Origin: Pseudomonadota bacterium
GTDB lineage: Bacteria > Pseudomonadota > Alphaproteobacteria > Micropepsales > Micropepsaceae
DNA length: 64,000 nucleotides
Assembly (NCBI GenBank): GCA_018241025.1
Contig: JAFEEQ010000009.1
Span: 8,065 to 72,064, forward strand
Reading direction: 5' to 3'
The notes under the pieces were generated by a model. The model was given only the letters and a program-made list of their open reading frames with translations. It searched no databases and had not been told where the DNA came from. Below, in pieces: positions 1 to 9,813 of this stretch (position 1 is its first letter; every line of letters starts with the position of its first letter). The translations under genes and the position numbers were made by a program.

Positions 1-13
1 CGCAGAGTTCATC

Positions 14-469
14 ATGTCCGCCAACATTCCCGAAGGCTTCCGCCGCTTCGCGTTCTCGACCGGCTTCATCGACGCGGTCGGCCCGCTCTACGGCAAATGG
101 GACGGCAAGGATCTCGTCATGGGCTTCCGGGCGGAGATGCGCCACTGCAATCCCGGCCAAGTCGTGCATGGCGGCATGCTCGCTACTTTCGCCGACATGT
201 TCATCCCGATCGCAGCCCGGGTGCAGGCCAAGGCCGATGTCGGCTTCGCCCCGACGGTGAATCTCAATCTCGATTTCATCGCCCCGGCAAAAATCGGTTC
301 TTGGGTTGAAGGCAAGGCCGAATTCCTCCGCGCCGGAAAATCGCTGTTCTTCGCGCAGGGCATGGCGACGGCCGACGGCGTGCTCTGCCTGCGCGCCAAT
401 GCGATCTTCAAGGTCACCGCGCCGATGGGCTCGATCGCCGATCCCGAAACGATGTTTACCGGCGCTTGA
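14..469 (+). CDS. PaaI-family (hotdog-fold) thioesterase
   Basis: 151 aa; HCNPGQVVHGGMLATFAD motif typical of PaaI thioesterases. Confidence 0.85.
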   Translation: MSANIPEGFRRFAFSTGFIDAVGPLYGKWDGKDLVMGFRAEMRHCNPGQVVHGGMLATFADMFIPIAARVQAKADVGFAPTVNLNLDFIAPAKIGSWVEGKAEFLRAGKSLFFAQGMATADGVLCLRANAIFKVTAPMGSIADPETMFTGA

Positions 470-515
470 GCCGAAGGCGCTTCGCGGCCTAACGTCCGAC
501 CCGACTGGGGGACAT

Positions 516-1466
516 GTGAGCGTTCGCGCACCGACCAAGACCATCCGCAGCTGGACGACGGACACGCGGCGCTGGGCGGCCTACAAGCCGCGGCCCGGCG
601 ACATCATCGTCGCGACACCGGCCAAATGCGGCACGACCTGGACGATCCAGATCGCCAATCTCCTCGTCGAGCAGTCGCCCGAGCCGAAGCCGATCTGGTC
701 GCTCTCGCCCTGGTTAGATGTCCGCGACTATCCGGTAGAAGAACTCGTCGCCAATCTCGAAGGCCAGACGCGGCGGCGCGTGATCAAGACCCACACGCCG
801 TCCGACGCGATGCCGTTCTTCGACGAGGTCCGCTACATCCATGTCGCGCGCGGCGGCCTCGACGCTTTCATGTCGTGGCACAACCACGTTGCCAACTACC
901 GTCCGGCGGCGCTCGCCTTCATGGACGCAGTCGGCATGTCCGACGAAGCCATTGCACGGCCGCATCCCCGCATGCCGGACGACATCCGCGAGTTCTTTCA
1001 GGTGTGGATGACCGAAGGCCCGGAGGCACGGCTCGCCGACGACATGCCGGCGGCGCGCTATTTCGATATCGAGCGCAGCTTCTGGTCCGACCGCAAGCGG
1101 CCGAACGTCCTGCTCGTCCACTACAACGACCTGAAAGCCGATCTCGATGGCGAGATGCGGCGGATCTCGGACTTCCTGGACATCCCGGTGAACGAGGCGA
1201 TCTGGCCCGGTCTCGTCTCCGCCGCCCATATCGATGCGATGCGCGATGCCGGCGGCACGCTGATGCCGCGGGGCAATGAGGTCTGGGCGGATGGCGCCAA
1301 GACGTTCTTCAACAAAGGCACGAACGAGCGCTGGCGCAGCGTGCTGACAGAAGCTGACATCGCGCTGTACGAAGATCGCCTGGCGCGGGAGGCCTCTTCC
1401 GCGCTGGCCGCGTGGCTCGCTGGCGGGCGGCGCGGCGCGGGCGATCCGCGGCGGACGGAGGACTGA
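516..1466 (+). CDS. Sulfotransferase domain protein
   Basis: PAKCGTTW PAPS-binding loop, IKTHTP, VHYNDLK, FFNKG...W; GTG start at 516 chosen after GGGGGA RBS. Confidence 0.85.
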   Translation: MSVRAPTKTIRSWTTDTRRWAAYKPRPGDIIVATPAKCGTTWTIQIANLLVEQSPEPKPIWSLSPWLDVRDYPVEELVANLEGQTRRRVIKTHTPSDAMPFFDEVRYIHVARGGLDAFMSWHNHVANYRPAALAFMDAVGMSDEAIARPHPRMPDDIREFFQVWMTEGPEARLADDMPAARYFDIERSFWSDRKRPNVLLVHYNDLKADLDGEMRRISDFLDIPVNEAIWPGLVSAAHIDAMRDAGGTLMPRGNEVWADGAKTFFNKGTNERWRSVLTEADIALYEDRLAREASSALAAWLAGGRRGAGDPRRTED

Positions 1467-1467
1467 C

Positions 1468-2169
1468 ATGGCGTTCGAGGGTTTCCCGAAGGACTTTTTC
1501 GCCTTTTTCAAAGAGCTGAAGGCTAACAACGAGCGCGGCTGGTTCGAGTCCAACAAGCAGCGCTATCGCGACAGCGTGCAGGCGCCGATGGCGCAGTTCA
1601 TCGGAGCGATGGCGCCGGAGCTGCGCAAGATCTCGAAGAACTTCGTTGCCGATCCCAGGCCCGTCGGCGGCTCGATGTTCCGGATCTATCGCGACGTGCG
1701 CTTCTCGAAAGATAAACGTCCCTACAAGGAGCATGCTGCGTGTCATTTCCGCTATGCCGGGGCGAAGGACGTGCATGCGCCGGGCTACTACATGCATTTC
1801 GGCGATGACCGGGTCTATTTTGGCGGCGGCATGTACATGCCGGATGCGCCGGCACTCGGACATATCCGCGACGCCATCGTGAAAAGCCCGGTCAAGTGGA
1901 AGGCGGTTCTCGGCGACAAGGCCTTCGCAAAAACGTTCGGCGGTCTCGGTGGCGGCGAAGACGGCCACAAGCTCACCCGTCCGCCGCGCGGCTACGACCC
2001 GGCGCACCCCTTCATCGAAGACATCAAGCGCAAGAGCTTCTTCGCCATGCACGAAAGCGGATTGAAGCTGGCACAATCGGCCAAGCTCGTGCCGGCGGTG
2101 GCCGAGACCTTCCGCGCCGCGACGCCGCTGATGAAATTCCTCTGCGCCAGCCAGGACGTGAAATTCTAG
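1468..2169 (+). CDS. DUF2461 / TIGR02453 family protein
   Basis: FFKELKANNERGWF and FRIYRDVRFSKDKRPYK signature. Confidence 0.9.
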   Translation: MAFEGFPKDFFAFFKELKANNERGWFESNKQRYRDSVQAPMAQFIGAMAPELRKISKNFVADPRPVGGSMFRIYRDVRFSKDKRPYKEHAACHFRYAGAKDVHAPGYYMHFGDDRVYFGGGMYMPDAPALGHIRDAIVKSPVKWKAVLGDKAFAKTFGGLGGGEDGHKLTRPPRGYDPAHPFIEDIKRKSFFAMHESGLKLAQSAKLVPAVAETFRAATPLMKFLCASQDVKF

Positions 2170-2981
2170 CACCGCCGCGCGGTGTAGAGAGCCGTGCACA
2201 TGTTGCGCTCGACACGTCCGCCGAATTCGCGTTCGGCGATCCGGATAAGCTCGTCGAGAATACGTTCGCGTTCCGCCGCATCGACAACGCTGAACTGCGA
2301 ATAAGTGGCGTAGAGCGCACGTGTCTGCGCCGCATCGAGGACCAGCGTCCATTTGCGGATATCGACGTCGATGGCGTCGAACGCATTCACCGCTTGAATA
2401 TCCGCAACCCTTGCCTCGGTATCGAGCGCGAAAGGGTGTGCCTGACCGACGGTATGGCTGGGCGAACCGGGCATATGCGCGAGCACGTGCTGCGTCGCAT
2501 CGTGGAAGGCGTCCACGCGATCCGGATCGCCGAACACGTTCCACCACGCCGCCCACCAGCCGCCGGGCCGCAGCGCCCGCGCCACCTTTTCCAGCGCAGG
2601 CCGCTGGTCCATCCAGTGAAACGCCGTCGCGGACGTTCCGAGATCGTACAGTCCGTCGTCCAGCGCTACGTCCTCGAATGCCGTATTGATCACCCGCAAT
2701 GCCTGGCTGGCATATTTTCGTTCAAGAAAGGCGGCCAGCCGTGCATCCGGCTCGATCGCCGCCAGCGTCGCTGGACCGCGTGCCAGCATTTCGCCGGTGG
2801 CGAGCCCCGGTCCCGGCCCGATCTCGAACATCCGGCAACCAGGCCCAAGGCCGCAGCGTTCCGCCAGTTTGTCGTAGACCCAGGCAGGGTAGGGCGGACG
2901 GGCGGAGTCGTAGTTTGCCGCGTCCGCGCCGAAGGCGTTGCGCCCCTCCGCTGCGGTCAGATCGCGCAAGCCCTTGGTCAT
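2166..2981 (-). CDS. Class I SAM-dependent methyltransferase
   Basis: YDSARPPYP, EIGPGPGLAT motif I, ATAFHW; start could instead be 2996. Confidence 0.85.
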   Translation of the reverse strand: MTKGLRDLTAAEGRNAFGADAANYDSARPPYPAWVYDKLAERCGLGPGCRMFEIGPGPGLATGEMLARGPATLAAIEPDARLAAFLERKYASQALRVINTAFEDVALDDGLYDLGTSATAFHWMDQRPALEKVARALRPGGWWAAWWNVFGDPDRVDAFHDATQHVLAHMPGSPSHTVGQAHPFALDTEARVADIQAVNAFDAIDVDIRKWTLVLDAAQTRALYATYSQFSVVDAAERERILDELIRIAEREFGGRVERNMCTALYTARRC

Positions 2982-3028
2982 GGCGTTCTCACGCATTATC
3001 AATAGAGGGAAGCTAGCACGGTCCGGCC

Positions 3029-3532
3029 ATGAGCGATGTGACGATGACGCCGCAGCGCGATCCCAATGCCCGCTGGAAATTCGTTCGCGACGTGCTGGTC
3101 TTCGAGGCCAAGCTGGCACTCAACAACTTCCACAATTTCTTCCAGATACCGCTCACCGTCGTGGTCGCGATCTTCGACCTCATCGCCGGTGGCAAGGAAG
3201 AGGGCGAACGCTTCTACAAGCTGGTCGAGATCGGCCGCACCATCGACGACTCCATCGACATCTACTCGATCATCGAGCATCGCGAGCGCAGCCTGAACCG
3301 CGACTACACGGTCGATGCGCTGGTCAAGCGGGTCGAGGATGTCGTGGTGCGCGAATACGAAAAGGGCGGCACCGCGGCGAGCGTCAAGCAGGCGGTCGAC
3401 CGCGTCATCGACGAGATGCAGGCCAAGGCCGGCGGCGGCCTCGGCAAGGCGGGCGACGCGATGAAGGACGTCGCCGACAAGCTGCACGAGAAAATGCAGA
3501 AGATGGGCGGCGACGATCCGCCGCCGGCATGA
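3029..3532 (+). CDS. Hypothetical helical protein
   Basis: 167-aa ORF with host-like codon usage; stop overlaps the GST start (ATGA). Confidence 0.7.
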   Translation: MSDVTMTPQRDPNARWKFVRDVLVFEAKLALNNFHNFFQIPLTVVVAIFDLIAGGKEEGERFYKLVEIGRTIDDSIDIYSIIEHRERSLNRDYTVDALVKRVEDVVVREYEKGGTAASVKQAVDRVIDEMQAKAGGGLGKAGDAMKDVADKLHEKMQKMGGDDPPPA

Positions 3533-4137
3533 TCACGCTCTACCACTCGGTCGCGAGCCGGTCCTTCGTGCCGCTCTGGCTGCTGGAGGGACTGGGCATC
3601 CCGTTCGATGTCGCCGATACCGATATCCGCCACGGCCGGCACAAGGCGCCGGACTATCTGAAGATCAATCCGATGGGCAAGGTGCCGGCGCTGCGCGACG
3701 GCGACAGCATCGTCACCGAGGTTCCGGCGATCTGTCTGTATCTCGCCGACCGCTATGGCTACGGCGTGCTGGCACCGAAGATCGAGGACCCGCGGCGCGG
3801 CGCCTATCTGCGCTGGACCGTCTTCGCGACGGCGGCTTTCGAGCCCGCGGCCTATCTTGCCACCAGGGATGCGGAGCAGGCGCGTCATGTCGGCTGGGGC
3901 CTGCAATCGACAATGCTCGATACCTTCGAGCAGGCGCTGCATCCCGGCCCGTGGCTTCTGGGGGACATGTTCAGCGCGGCCGATGTCGTGCTCGGCGGCG
4001 TCTTCGCCGTCGCCTATTTCAACAAGCGCATTCCGTCGCGCGCTACATTCGACGCCTACAATGCGCGCATCACCGAGCGGCCCGCGTTCAAGCGCGCTTC
4101 TGCGCGCACCTGGCCGCCGGAATTGTTCGGCGGCTAG
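3529..4137 (+). CDS. Glutathione S-transferase family protein
   Basis: INPMGKVPAL, EVPAICLYLAD, GDMFSAADV motifs. Confidence 0.9.
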   Translation: MITLYHSVASRSFVPLWLLEGLGIPFDVADTDIRHGRHKAPDYLKINPMGKVPALRDGDSIVTEVPAICLYLADRYGYGVLAPKIEDPRRGAYLRWTVFATAAFEPAAYLATRDAEQARHVGWGLQSTMLDTFEQALHPGPWLLGDMFSAADVVLGGVFAVAYFNKRIPSRATFDAYNARITERPAFKRASARTWPPELFGG

Positions 4138-5165
4138 CGCGCCGCGAATCCTTCGAGCACGTTTGCGGTGATTGTGGGCAGCGCGTCGAGATTGTAGCCG
4201 CCCTCGAACTGGAACAGCGTCGGCAGTTTCAGCGCCGCAATCTCCTCGCCCATGCGCAGATAGTCGTCGGGCTTCAGCTTGAAGCGCGAGATCGGATCTT
4301 CCTCATAGGTGTCGAGGCCGAGCGAAACGAGCAGTACATCCGGTCCGAAAGCGCGGATGCGTGCGAGCGCCGTGGCGAGCGCCTGCGCATAGACATCCCA
4401 GCCGGAATACATCGCCAGCGGCAGATTGAGATTGGCGTCCTCGCCCGCACCTTCGCCGCGTTCGTCGGCGAAGCCGAGAAAATGCGGATAGGCGAAGACT
4501 GGGTCACCATGGATCGAGACGAAGAGCACGTCGCCGCGGCCGTAGAAGATGCTCTGCGTACCGTTGCCGTGGTGATAGTCGACATCGAGGATCGCGGGCT
4601 TGAGGCCCCGATCGGCGAACCGCTGCGCGGCGATGGCGACGTTGTTGAGATAACAATAGCCGCCGAACACGTCGGCACTGGCATGATGGCCCGGCGGGCG
4701 CGCCAGCGCGAAGGCGCTGCGTTCGCCGCTCTTGATCGCGTGCGCCGCCGACAACGAACAGTTCACCGCCGACAAGGTGGCGCCCCATGTGCCTTTCAGG
4801 ATCGGCGTCGCCGTGTCGAAAGCATAGGTGCCGAGCCGCGCCTCGACATCGCCGTCGAACCGGTTGCGCAATCCACGCGCCGGCCAGGCCGAGGGCAGGG
4901 CGGGCGGCGCGTCTTCGCCATAGCGCTTGCGCCAGAGTTCGCTCGCCTCGCCGAGAAAGCGCACCAGCCCGGCATCGTGCACCCGGGCGACGGGCGCCAT
5001 GCCGAATTCGTCGGGCGCGAGGATGGGGCCGAGATTGCGCCGCGCGATCTCCGCTTTCACATCTTCGACCCGGCGGGGCACTTCGACGGCCGGATTGAGC
5101 CTTCCGCCTTCGAACTCTTCCGGCGGCGCATGCTCCAGATGGGCGGGCGAATAAAACGTCTTCAT
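4134..5165 (-). CDS. Histone deacetylase family protein (acetylpolyamine amidohydrolase-like)
   Basis: RPPGHHA, GGYCYLNN, DVDYHHGNGTQ, EGGY Zn-deacetylase motifs. Confidence 0.9.
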   Translation of the reverse strand: MKTFYSPAHLEHAPPEEFEGGRLNPAVEVPRRVEDVKAEIARRNLGPILAPDEFGMAPVARVHDAGLVRFLGEASELWRKRYGEDAPPALPSAWPARGLRNRFDGDVEARLGTYAFDTATPILKGTWGATLSAVNCSLSAAHAIKSGERSAFALARPPGHHASADVFGGYCYLNNVAIAAQRFADRGLKPAILDVDYHHGNGTQSIFYGRGDVLFVSIHGDPVFAYPHFLGFADERGEGAGEDANLNLPLAMYSGWDVYAQALATALARIRAFGPDVLLVSLGLDTYEEDPISRFKLKPDDYLRMGEEIAALKLPTLFQFEGGYNLDALPTITANVLEGFAAR

Positions 5166-5215
5166 GTGGACCTTGTAGCACAGCCGCCGCCGCGCGGTCG
5201 CGCTAGCATGGCGCG

Positions 5216-5737
5216 ATGATATTCCGTGATGCCATTGCTGCCGATATTCCCATCCTCGCGGATTTCGCGCGCCGGACCTATGCGGCCGCATTTGGCGATT
5301 CGATGGCGGCGAGCGACCTGGAGCATCACCTCACGCATCGCCTTGGTGACACCTATTTTGCCGAAGCCCTGCGCCGGGACGTGTTTCCCCTGGCGCTCGA
5401 AGGCGGCCTTGCCGGCTACGCACAGTTCGGCCGGGCGGATGTCGAGGGCGCACAACCCGGCGACATGCAGCTGCGCCGTCTCTATGTCGATCCCGGACGC
5501 CAAAACAGCGGCATTGGATCGATTTTGATGCGGCGGGCCTTGGCGCGTATGGCAGAGGCCCCGCGCATCTTCCTCGACGTGTGGGATCGCAACACGGGCG
5601 CCGTGAAGCTCTACGAACGCTTCGGCTTTCGCGCAGTGGGCACGGTGCCCTTCGTCACGCCGTCCGGCGAGGTCACCGGGCACGACCTGCTGATGATGCT
5701 CATCCCATCTGAAGCAGCACTGCGCCCGCCGCAATAG
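5216..5737 (+). CDS. GNAT N-acetyltransferase (PaiA-like)
   Basis: LYVDPGRQNSGIGSILM, NTGAVKLYERFGF; N-terminus resembles PaiA-type enzymes. Confidence 0.85.
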   Translation: MIFRDAIAADIPILADFARRTYAAAFGDSMAASDLEHHLTHRLGDTYFAEALRRDVFPLALEGGLAGYAQFGRADVEGAQPGDMQLRRLYVDPGRQNSGIGSILMRRALARMAEAPRIFLDVWDRNTGAVKLYERFGFRAVGTVPFVTPSGEVTGHDLLMMLIPSEAALRPPQ

Positions 5738-6536
5738 CGCCGGCCGCCAGCCAGCGCCGCGGTGTGAGGTGCTCGCCGAGGAAGCTCATCGCCAGCGCGG
5801 TGCCGAACAGCACGCTGGTCTCGCGCAGCGCCGCGAGCTGTGCCGTGGCGCCGAAGGAGTAGGCGAGCATCGCCGAACCATAGGTCGTGACAGACAGCAC
5901 GCCGAGCAGGATGCCGAGCTTCCATTGCCGCCGCGCCTCCACGATCACCGCGCGGCCGCGGATGCCCGGCGCGGTCGCGAGCACCGAAATTCCGTGCGCC
6001 ACGAAGAACCACAGAACATAGGTCAGCGGCTCTTCCACCGAACGTACGCCCGTTGCGTCGATCAGCGTGTAGATGCCGATGGTGAAGCCGGTGCCGAGCG
6101 CGAAGCTGAGACCCTTGAGTGCACCTTCGCTGGCGCGATGCGACAGGCCGATGGCGATCACGCCGCCGCAGACGCAGAGGATGCCGGCAATCTCGACCAA
6201 GGGCGGCCGCTCGCCGAGCAAAAGGATCGCGCCGAGCGCCGTGAACAACGGCCCTGTCCCGCGCGCCACGGGGTAGACCGCCGAGAAGGCTGCGCTCTCG
6301 TAGGAGCGCACGAGGAGCAGCTCGTAGACCGCATGCACCAGCGCCGTCGCGGCGAGGAAGCCGAGCGCGCGGGTGTTGGGCAGCGGCAGGAAGAACAACG
6401 CCGGCGTCACCAGGATGGCCGAGAACACGCCGATCAGCAGCCGCATGGCGTATTTGTCGTCGGCCCGCTTGGTCAGCACGTTGACCACGGCATGCACGGC
6501 GGCGGAGACGAAGATGAGGAGAAGGGCGAGGGTCAC
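5700..6536 (-). CDS. EamA/DMT family transporter
   Basis: About 10 hydrophobic segments; VYPVARGTGP and ALRETSVLF motifs. Confidence 0.9.
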   Translation of the reverse strand: MTLALLLIFVSAAVHAVVNVLTKRADDKYAMRLLIGVFSAILVTPALFFLPLPNTRALGFLAATALVHAVYELLLVRSYESAAFSAVYPVARGTGPLFTALGAILLLGERPPLVEIAGILCVCGGVIAIGLSHRASEGALKGLSFALGTGFTIGIYTLIDATGVRSVEEPLTYVLWFFVAHGISVLATAPGIRGRAVIVEARRQWKLGILLGVLSVTTYGSAMLAYSFGATAQLAALRETSVLFGTALAMSFLGEHLTPRRWLAAGAIAAGAVLLQMG

Positions 6537-6711
6537 GCGCCGACCTTATCGTCCGCCGGGCCTTGCGCAATATGGGTAACCCTGTCCGCTGCGGCAGCGG
6601 AAGGCGTCTCTCCATCTCTCACCCTGTAACCTGGTTAATATAGAAATCGAGGTCTGGCGTATCGGCCGAATATTTGCTTATTCTCGACTCTTCTTAGGGT
6701 TGGGGAACCAC

Positions 6712-7164
6712 ATGAAACTCGTATCTGTTGCGGCGCTTGCCGCAAGCGTTATCGCTTTGTCCGGCTGTGCTTCGATCATCAAAGGGTCGACACAGTCTAT
6801 CGCAATCACGACTACGCCGGTCAGCGGTGCCAACTGCAATTTGACCAGCAAGGAAGGGAATTGGCCGGTGGTGACGCCCGGTGTCGTCAAGGTCGACAAG
6901 ACCAAGGAAGACATCACCATCCGCTGCACCAAGGATGGGTATAAGGACGCCATGTCGACGATCCCGTCCGACTTTCAGGGATGGACGCTGGGCAATCTCC
7001 TGCTCGGCGGCATTATCGGTGTCGGCGTCGATGCCGCAACGGGCGCGATGAACGAGTATCCGCACTCGTTCAACGTTCCGATGGAGCCGCTCGATCACTC
7101 GTCTTCGCTGCAGCCTTTGCCGAACAAGCCGATCGAGGGCGCGTCTCCGGGGATGAGCAGCTAA
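6712..7164 (+). CDS. Predicted lipoprotein (PEGA-like)
   Basis: Lipobox LSGC; GNLLLGGIIGVGVDAATGA motif. Confidence 0.75.
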   Translation: MKLVSVAALAASVIALSGCASIIKGSTQSIAITTTPVSGANCNLTSKEGNWPVVTPGVVKVDKTKEDITIRCTKDGYKDAMSTIPSDFQGWTLGNLLLGGIIGVGVDAATGAMNEYPHSFNVPMEPLDHSSSLQPLPNKPIEGASPGMSS

Positions 7165-7179
7165 GCAGGACATCTTCCA

Positions 7180-7205
7180 GGCGGCGTGACTGAAATCACG
7201 CCGCC
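7180..7205 (+). terminator. Hairpin after the lipoprotein gene
   Basis: Perfect 10-bp stem GGCGGCGTGA/TCACGCCGCC; weak U-tract. Confidence 0.5.
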
Positions 7206-7305
7206 CAGTTGTCACGCGGGGTTGCCCCGGCAAATCCGCTGTGCACTCGATAATGCAGCCGAACTTGTGCGATACATCCGCTTGCACTGCTGCTGTCGGG
7301 GAAGC

Positions 7306-7842
7306 ATGCCGAATTTCTCGCTCCCATCCGATTGCCTGACCGACAACGAAGTCCGCTGGGGCGCGGCGTTCCGGTTGCGCGAGCGGCTGCATCGCTGGGC
7401 CGAATGCCCCCCGAAACTCGTCATGTCGGCGCGCGGCGTCGTCTTCAAGAATTCGCGCGTGATGGTCGTCAGCTCGAATGACGGGCGCGGCGGCATCCTG
7501 CATCACATCATCCCGGGCGGCCGCGTTGAGAAAGGCGAGACCTTGCTCGCCACGGTGCGCCGCGAAGTCGGCGAGGAAACTGGTTGGCGCATCGCCCGGC
7601 CGCGACCGCTTGCCGTGCTGCACTATCGCCATCTCGTGCCCAGGCCCAGGGGCTACGCTTACCCCTATCCGGACTTCCTCCAGCCGATCTTTCTGGTCGA
7701 AGGTGTTCGTTACGACCGAGGCCTCGTGAAGCGGGACGACGGGGTCGAAGTCGCTTCGCGCATGCTGCCGATATCCCGTGCCCTCGAGATCCTGCCACCG
7801 ACACAGAAAATTCTGCTGCGCGAGGCGCTCGCCTTGCGCTAG
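7306..7842 (+). CDS. NUDIX hydrolase
   Basis: Canonical Nudix box GGRVEKGETLLATVRREVGEETG; start uncertain. Confidence 0.8.
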   Translation: MPNFSLPSDCLTDNEVRWGAAFRLRERLHRWAECPPKLVMSARGVVFKNSRVMVVSSNDGRGGILHHIIPGGRVEKGETLLATVRREVGEETGWRIARPRPLAVLHYRHLVPRPRGYAYPYPDFLQPIFLVEGVRYDRGLVKRDDGVEVASRMLPISRALEILPPTQKILLREALALR

Positions 7843-7851
7843 CTTCTGCGC

Positions 7852-8985
7852 ATGACCTCGCTCAACGACAATCTCATCGGCGTGCCCGGCGGCGCGGCGA
7901 AGCTGCAAACCCCGGCACTCGTCCTCGATCTCGACACCTTCGAGCGCAACATCGCGCGCATGGTCGCGCATGCGAAGCGCACCGGCGTCGGCCTCCGTCC
8001 CCATGCCAAGACCCACAAGAGCGTCGAGATCGCGAAGCGCCAGATCGCGGCCGGCGCCAACGGTGTCTGCTGCGCCAAGCTCGGCGAGGCCGAGGCGCTC
8101 GCCGCCGGCGGTATCGACTCGATCCTGCTCACCTCTCCGGTCGTGACCGAGGCCGGCATTACGCGGCTGATGGCGCTCAATGCGCGCATGGGCGATCTGA
8201 TGATCACGGTCGACAATGCCGAAGTCGCGGCGCGCATCGATGCCGCGGCACGCGCCGCGGGCAAGACGCTCAAGGTTCTCATCGACATCGATCCGGGCAT
8301 GAGCCGCACTGGCATCCGCGCCGCCGATGCACCGGCGCTGGTCGCGCAGGTCGCGCGCGCCGAAGGTCTCGAATATTGCGGCCTGCAATGCTACGCGGGC
8401 CAGGCGCAGCACATGGAATCGCCGAACGAACGCCGCGATGCGACGCTTCAGGTGATGAAAGAATTCGGCGCGCTGCGCGATGCGCTCGCCAGGGACGGCC
8501 TCGCGCCGAAGATCATGTCCGGTGGCGGCACCGGCACGCATGACATCGACACCGATGCGCATGTGCTGACCGAGTTGCAGGTCGGCTCCTACATCTTCAT
8601 GGACAAGCAGTACAACGACGTGTGGGAAAAACCCGGCGACGCGATTCCGTTCGAGGTCTCGCTGATGGTGCAGACCACAGTGGTCAGCGCCAATCGTCCC
8701 GGCCTCGCCACCACCGATGCCGGCTTCAAGTCCTTCGCCACCGATGCCGGTCCGCCGCAACTGCGTTCGGGCGCGCCCGACGGCGCATCGTATTTCTTCT
8801 TCGGCGACGAGCAGGGTGGCATCGCTTATCCGCGCGACGGTGCACTGTTGAAGCCCGGCGACGTCGTGCGCTGCGTGGTTCCGCACTGCGATCCGACGGT
8901 GAATCTATACGACCGTTATCACGTGGTGCGTGGCGATACGCTCGAAACGATCTGGAACGTCGAAGCAAGAGGCTGTTCCGCTTGA
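7852..8985 (+). CDS. DSD1/D-threonine aldolase-family PLP enzyme
   Basis: RPHAKTHKS PLP lysine, SGGGTGT, ELQVGSYIFMD, PHCDPTVNLYD. Confidence 0.9.
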   Translation: MTSLNDNLIGVPGGAAKLQTPALVLDLDTFERNIARMVAHAKRTGVGLRPHAKTHKSVEIAKRQIAAGANGVCCAKLGEAEALAAGGIDSILLTSPVVTEAGITRLMALNARMGDLMITVDNAEVAARIDAAARAAGKTLKVLIDIDPGMSRTGIRAADAPALVAQVARAEGLEYCGLQCYAGQAQHMESPNERRDATLQVMKEFGALRDALARDGLAPKIMSGGGTGTHDIDTDAHVLTELQVGSYIFMDKQYNDVWEKPGDAIPFEVSLMVQTTVVSANRPGLATTDAGFKSFATDAGPPQLRSGAPDGASYFFFGDEQGGIAYPRDGALLKPGDVVRCVVPHCDPTVNLYDRYHVVRGDTLETIWNVEARGCSA

Positions 8986-9082
8986 AGTTTCGGCTGCAGG
9001 TTTCCTGACAACCATGTTCATGTGCGGTTCAGGCGCCGACCATCATGGTCATCCTCGGCAACTGAATCACATGAGGACAGCC

Positions 9083-9694
9083 ATGAAATTCCTGACCAAG
9101 GCCGCGCTGGGTGCGCTGATGCTGGCCGGTGCGAGCGCCATGACGGCGGCACCGGCGGAAGCGCGCGTCACCGTCGGCTTCGAATTCGGCGGGCCGGGCT
9201 ATGCCGTGCCGGCCTACTGCGATCCCTACAGCCGTTACTACGATCCCTATCGTTGCGACGACTATGGCGACGACTACTACGACTACTATTACGGCCCCGT
9301 CTTCATCGACGGCATCTGGCTGAGCAATGGCTTCCGGACGCGCTGGTATCACGGGCACCGCGAATTCTATTACCACGGCGGCTGGCGCAGCGGTTCGGGC
9401 TGGCATGACAACGGCTTCCGTCGTGGCGGCTGGGGCCGCGCCGACTGGGATCGCCGCGGCGGCTGGGGCGGCGGTGACCGTCATCGCGACTGGGATCGCG
9501 GCGGTGACCATCGCGGCGGCGGATACGGCGGCGGCCACGGCGGCGGCAGCTACAGCGGTGGCGGACACGGCGGCGGCAGCTACGGCGGCAGCCATGGCGG
9601 CGGTAGCTGGAGCGGCGGCCACGGCGGCGGCCATGACGGTGGACATGGCGGTGGCGGCGACCACCACGGCGGCGGTCACGACCATCATCATTGA
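9083..9694 (+). CDS. Secreted Tyr/Asp-rich protein with Gly/His-rich tail
   Basis: Signal peptide ending APAEA; aromatic domain; GGHGGG low-complexity C-terminus. Confidence 0.75.
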   Translation: MKFLTKAALGALMLAGASAMTAAPAEARVTVGFEFGGPGYAVPAYCDPYSRYYDPYRCDDYGDDYYDYYYGPVFIDGIWLSNGFRTRWYHGHREFYYHGGWRSGSGWHDNGFRRGGWGRADWDRRGGWGGGDRHRDWDRGGDHRGGGYGGGHGGGSYSGGGHGGGSYGGSHGGGSWSGGHGGGHDGGHGGGGDHHGGGHDHHH

Positions 9695-9708
9695 GTTGAG
9701 TCAATAAG

Positions 9709-9756
9709 GCAGCGGGCGGTCTTCGTTTCTATGCGATGCGAAGATCGCCCGTTTGC
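9709..9756 (+). terminator. Long imperfect hairpin between the two Gly-rich genes
   Basis: GCAGCGGGCGGTCTTCG ... CGAAGATCGCCCGTTTGC inverted repeat. Confidence 0.5.
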
Positions 9757-9813
9757 ATGTCACATTGGCGCCGCGATCCGCGGTGAATGATCGTCAGGGA
9801 GCTGAGGAGACAG

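Noticed and set aside
14-1466. Thioesterase + sulfotransferase as a CurM/Ols-type olefin-forming module
   Set aside because: The thioesterase is hotdog-fold, not alpha/beta-hydrolase, and there is no PKS or ACP nearby. The window edge limits context.
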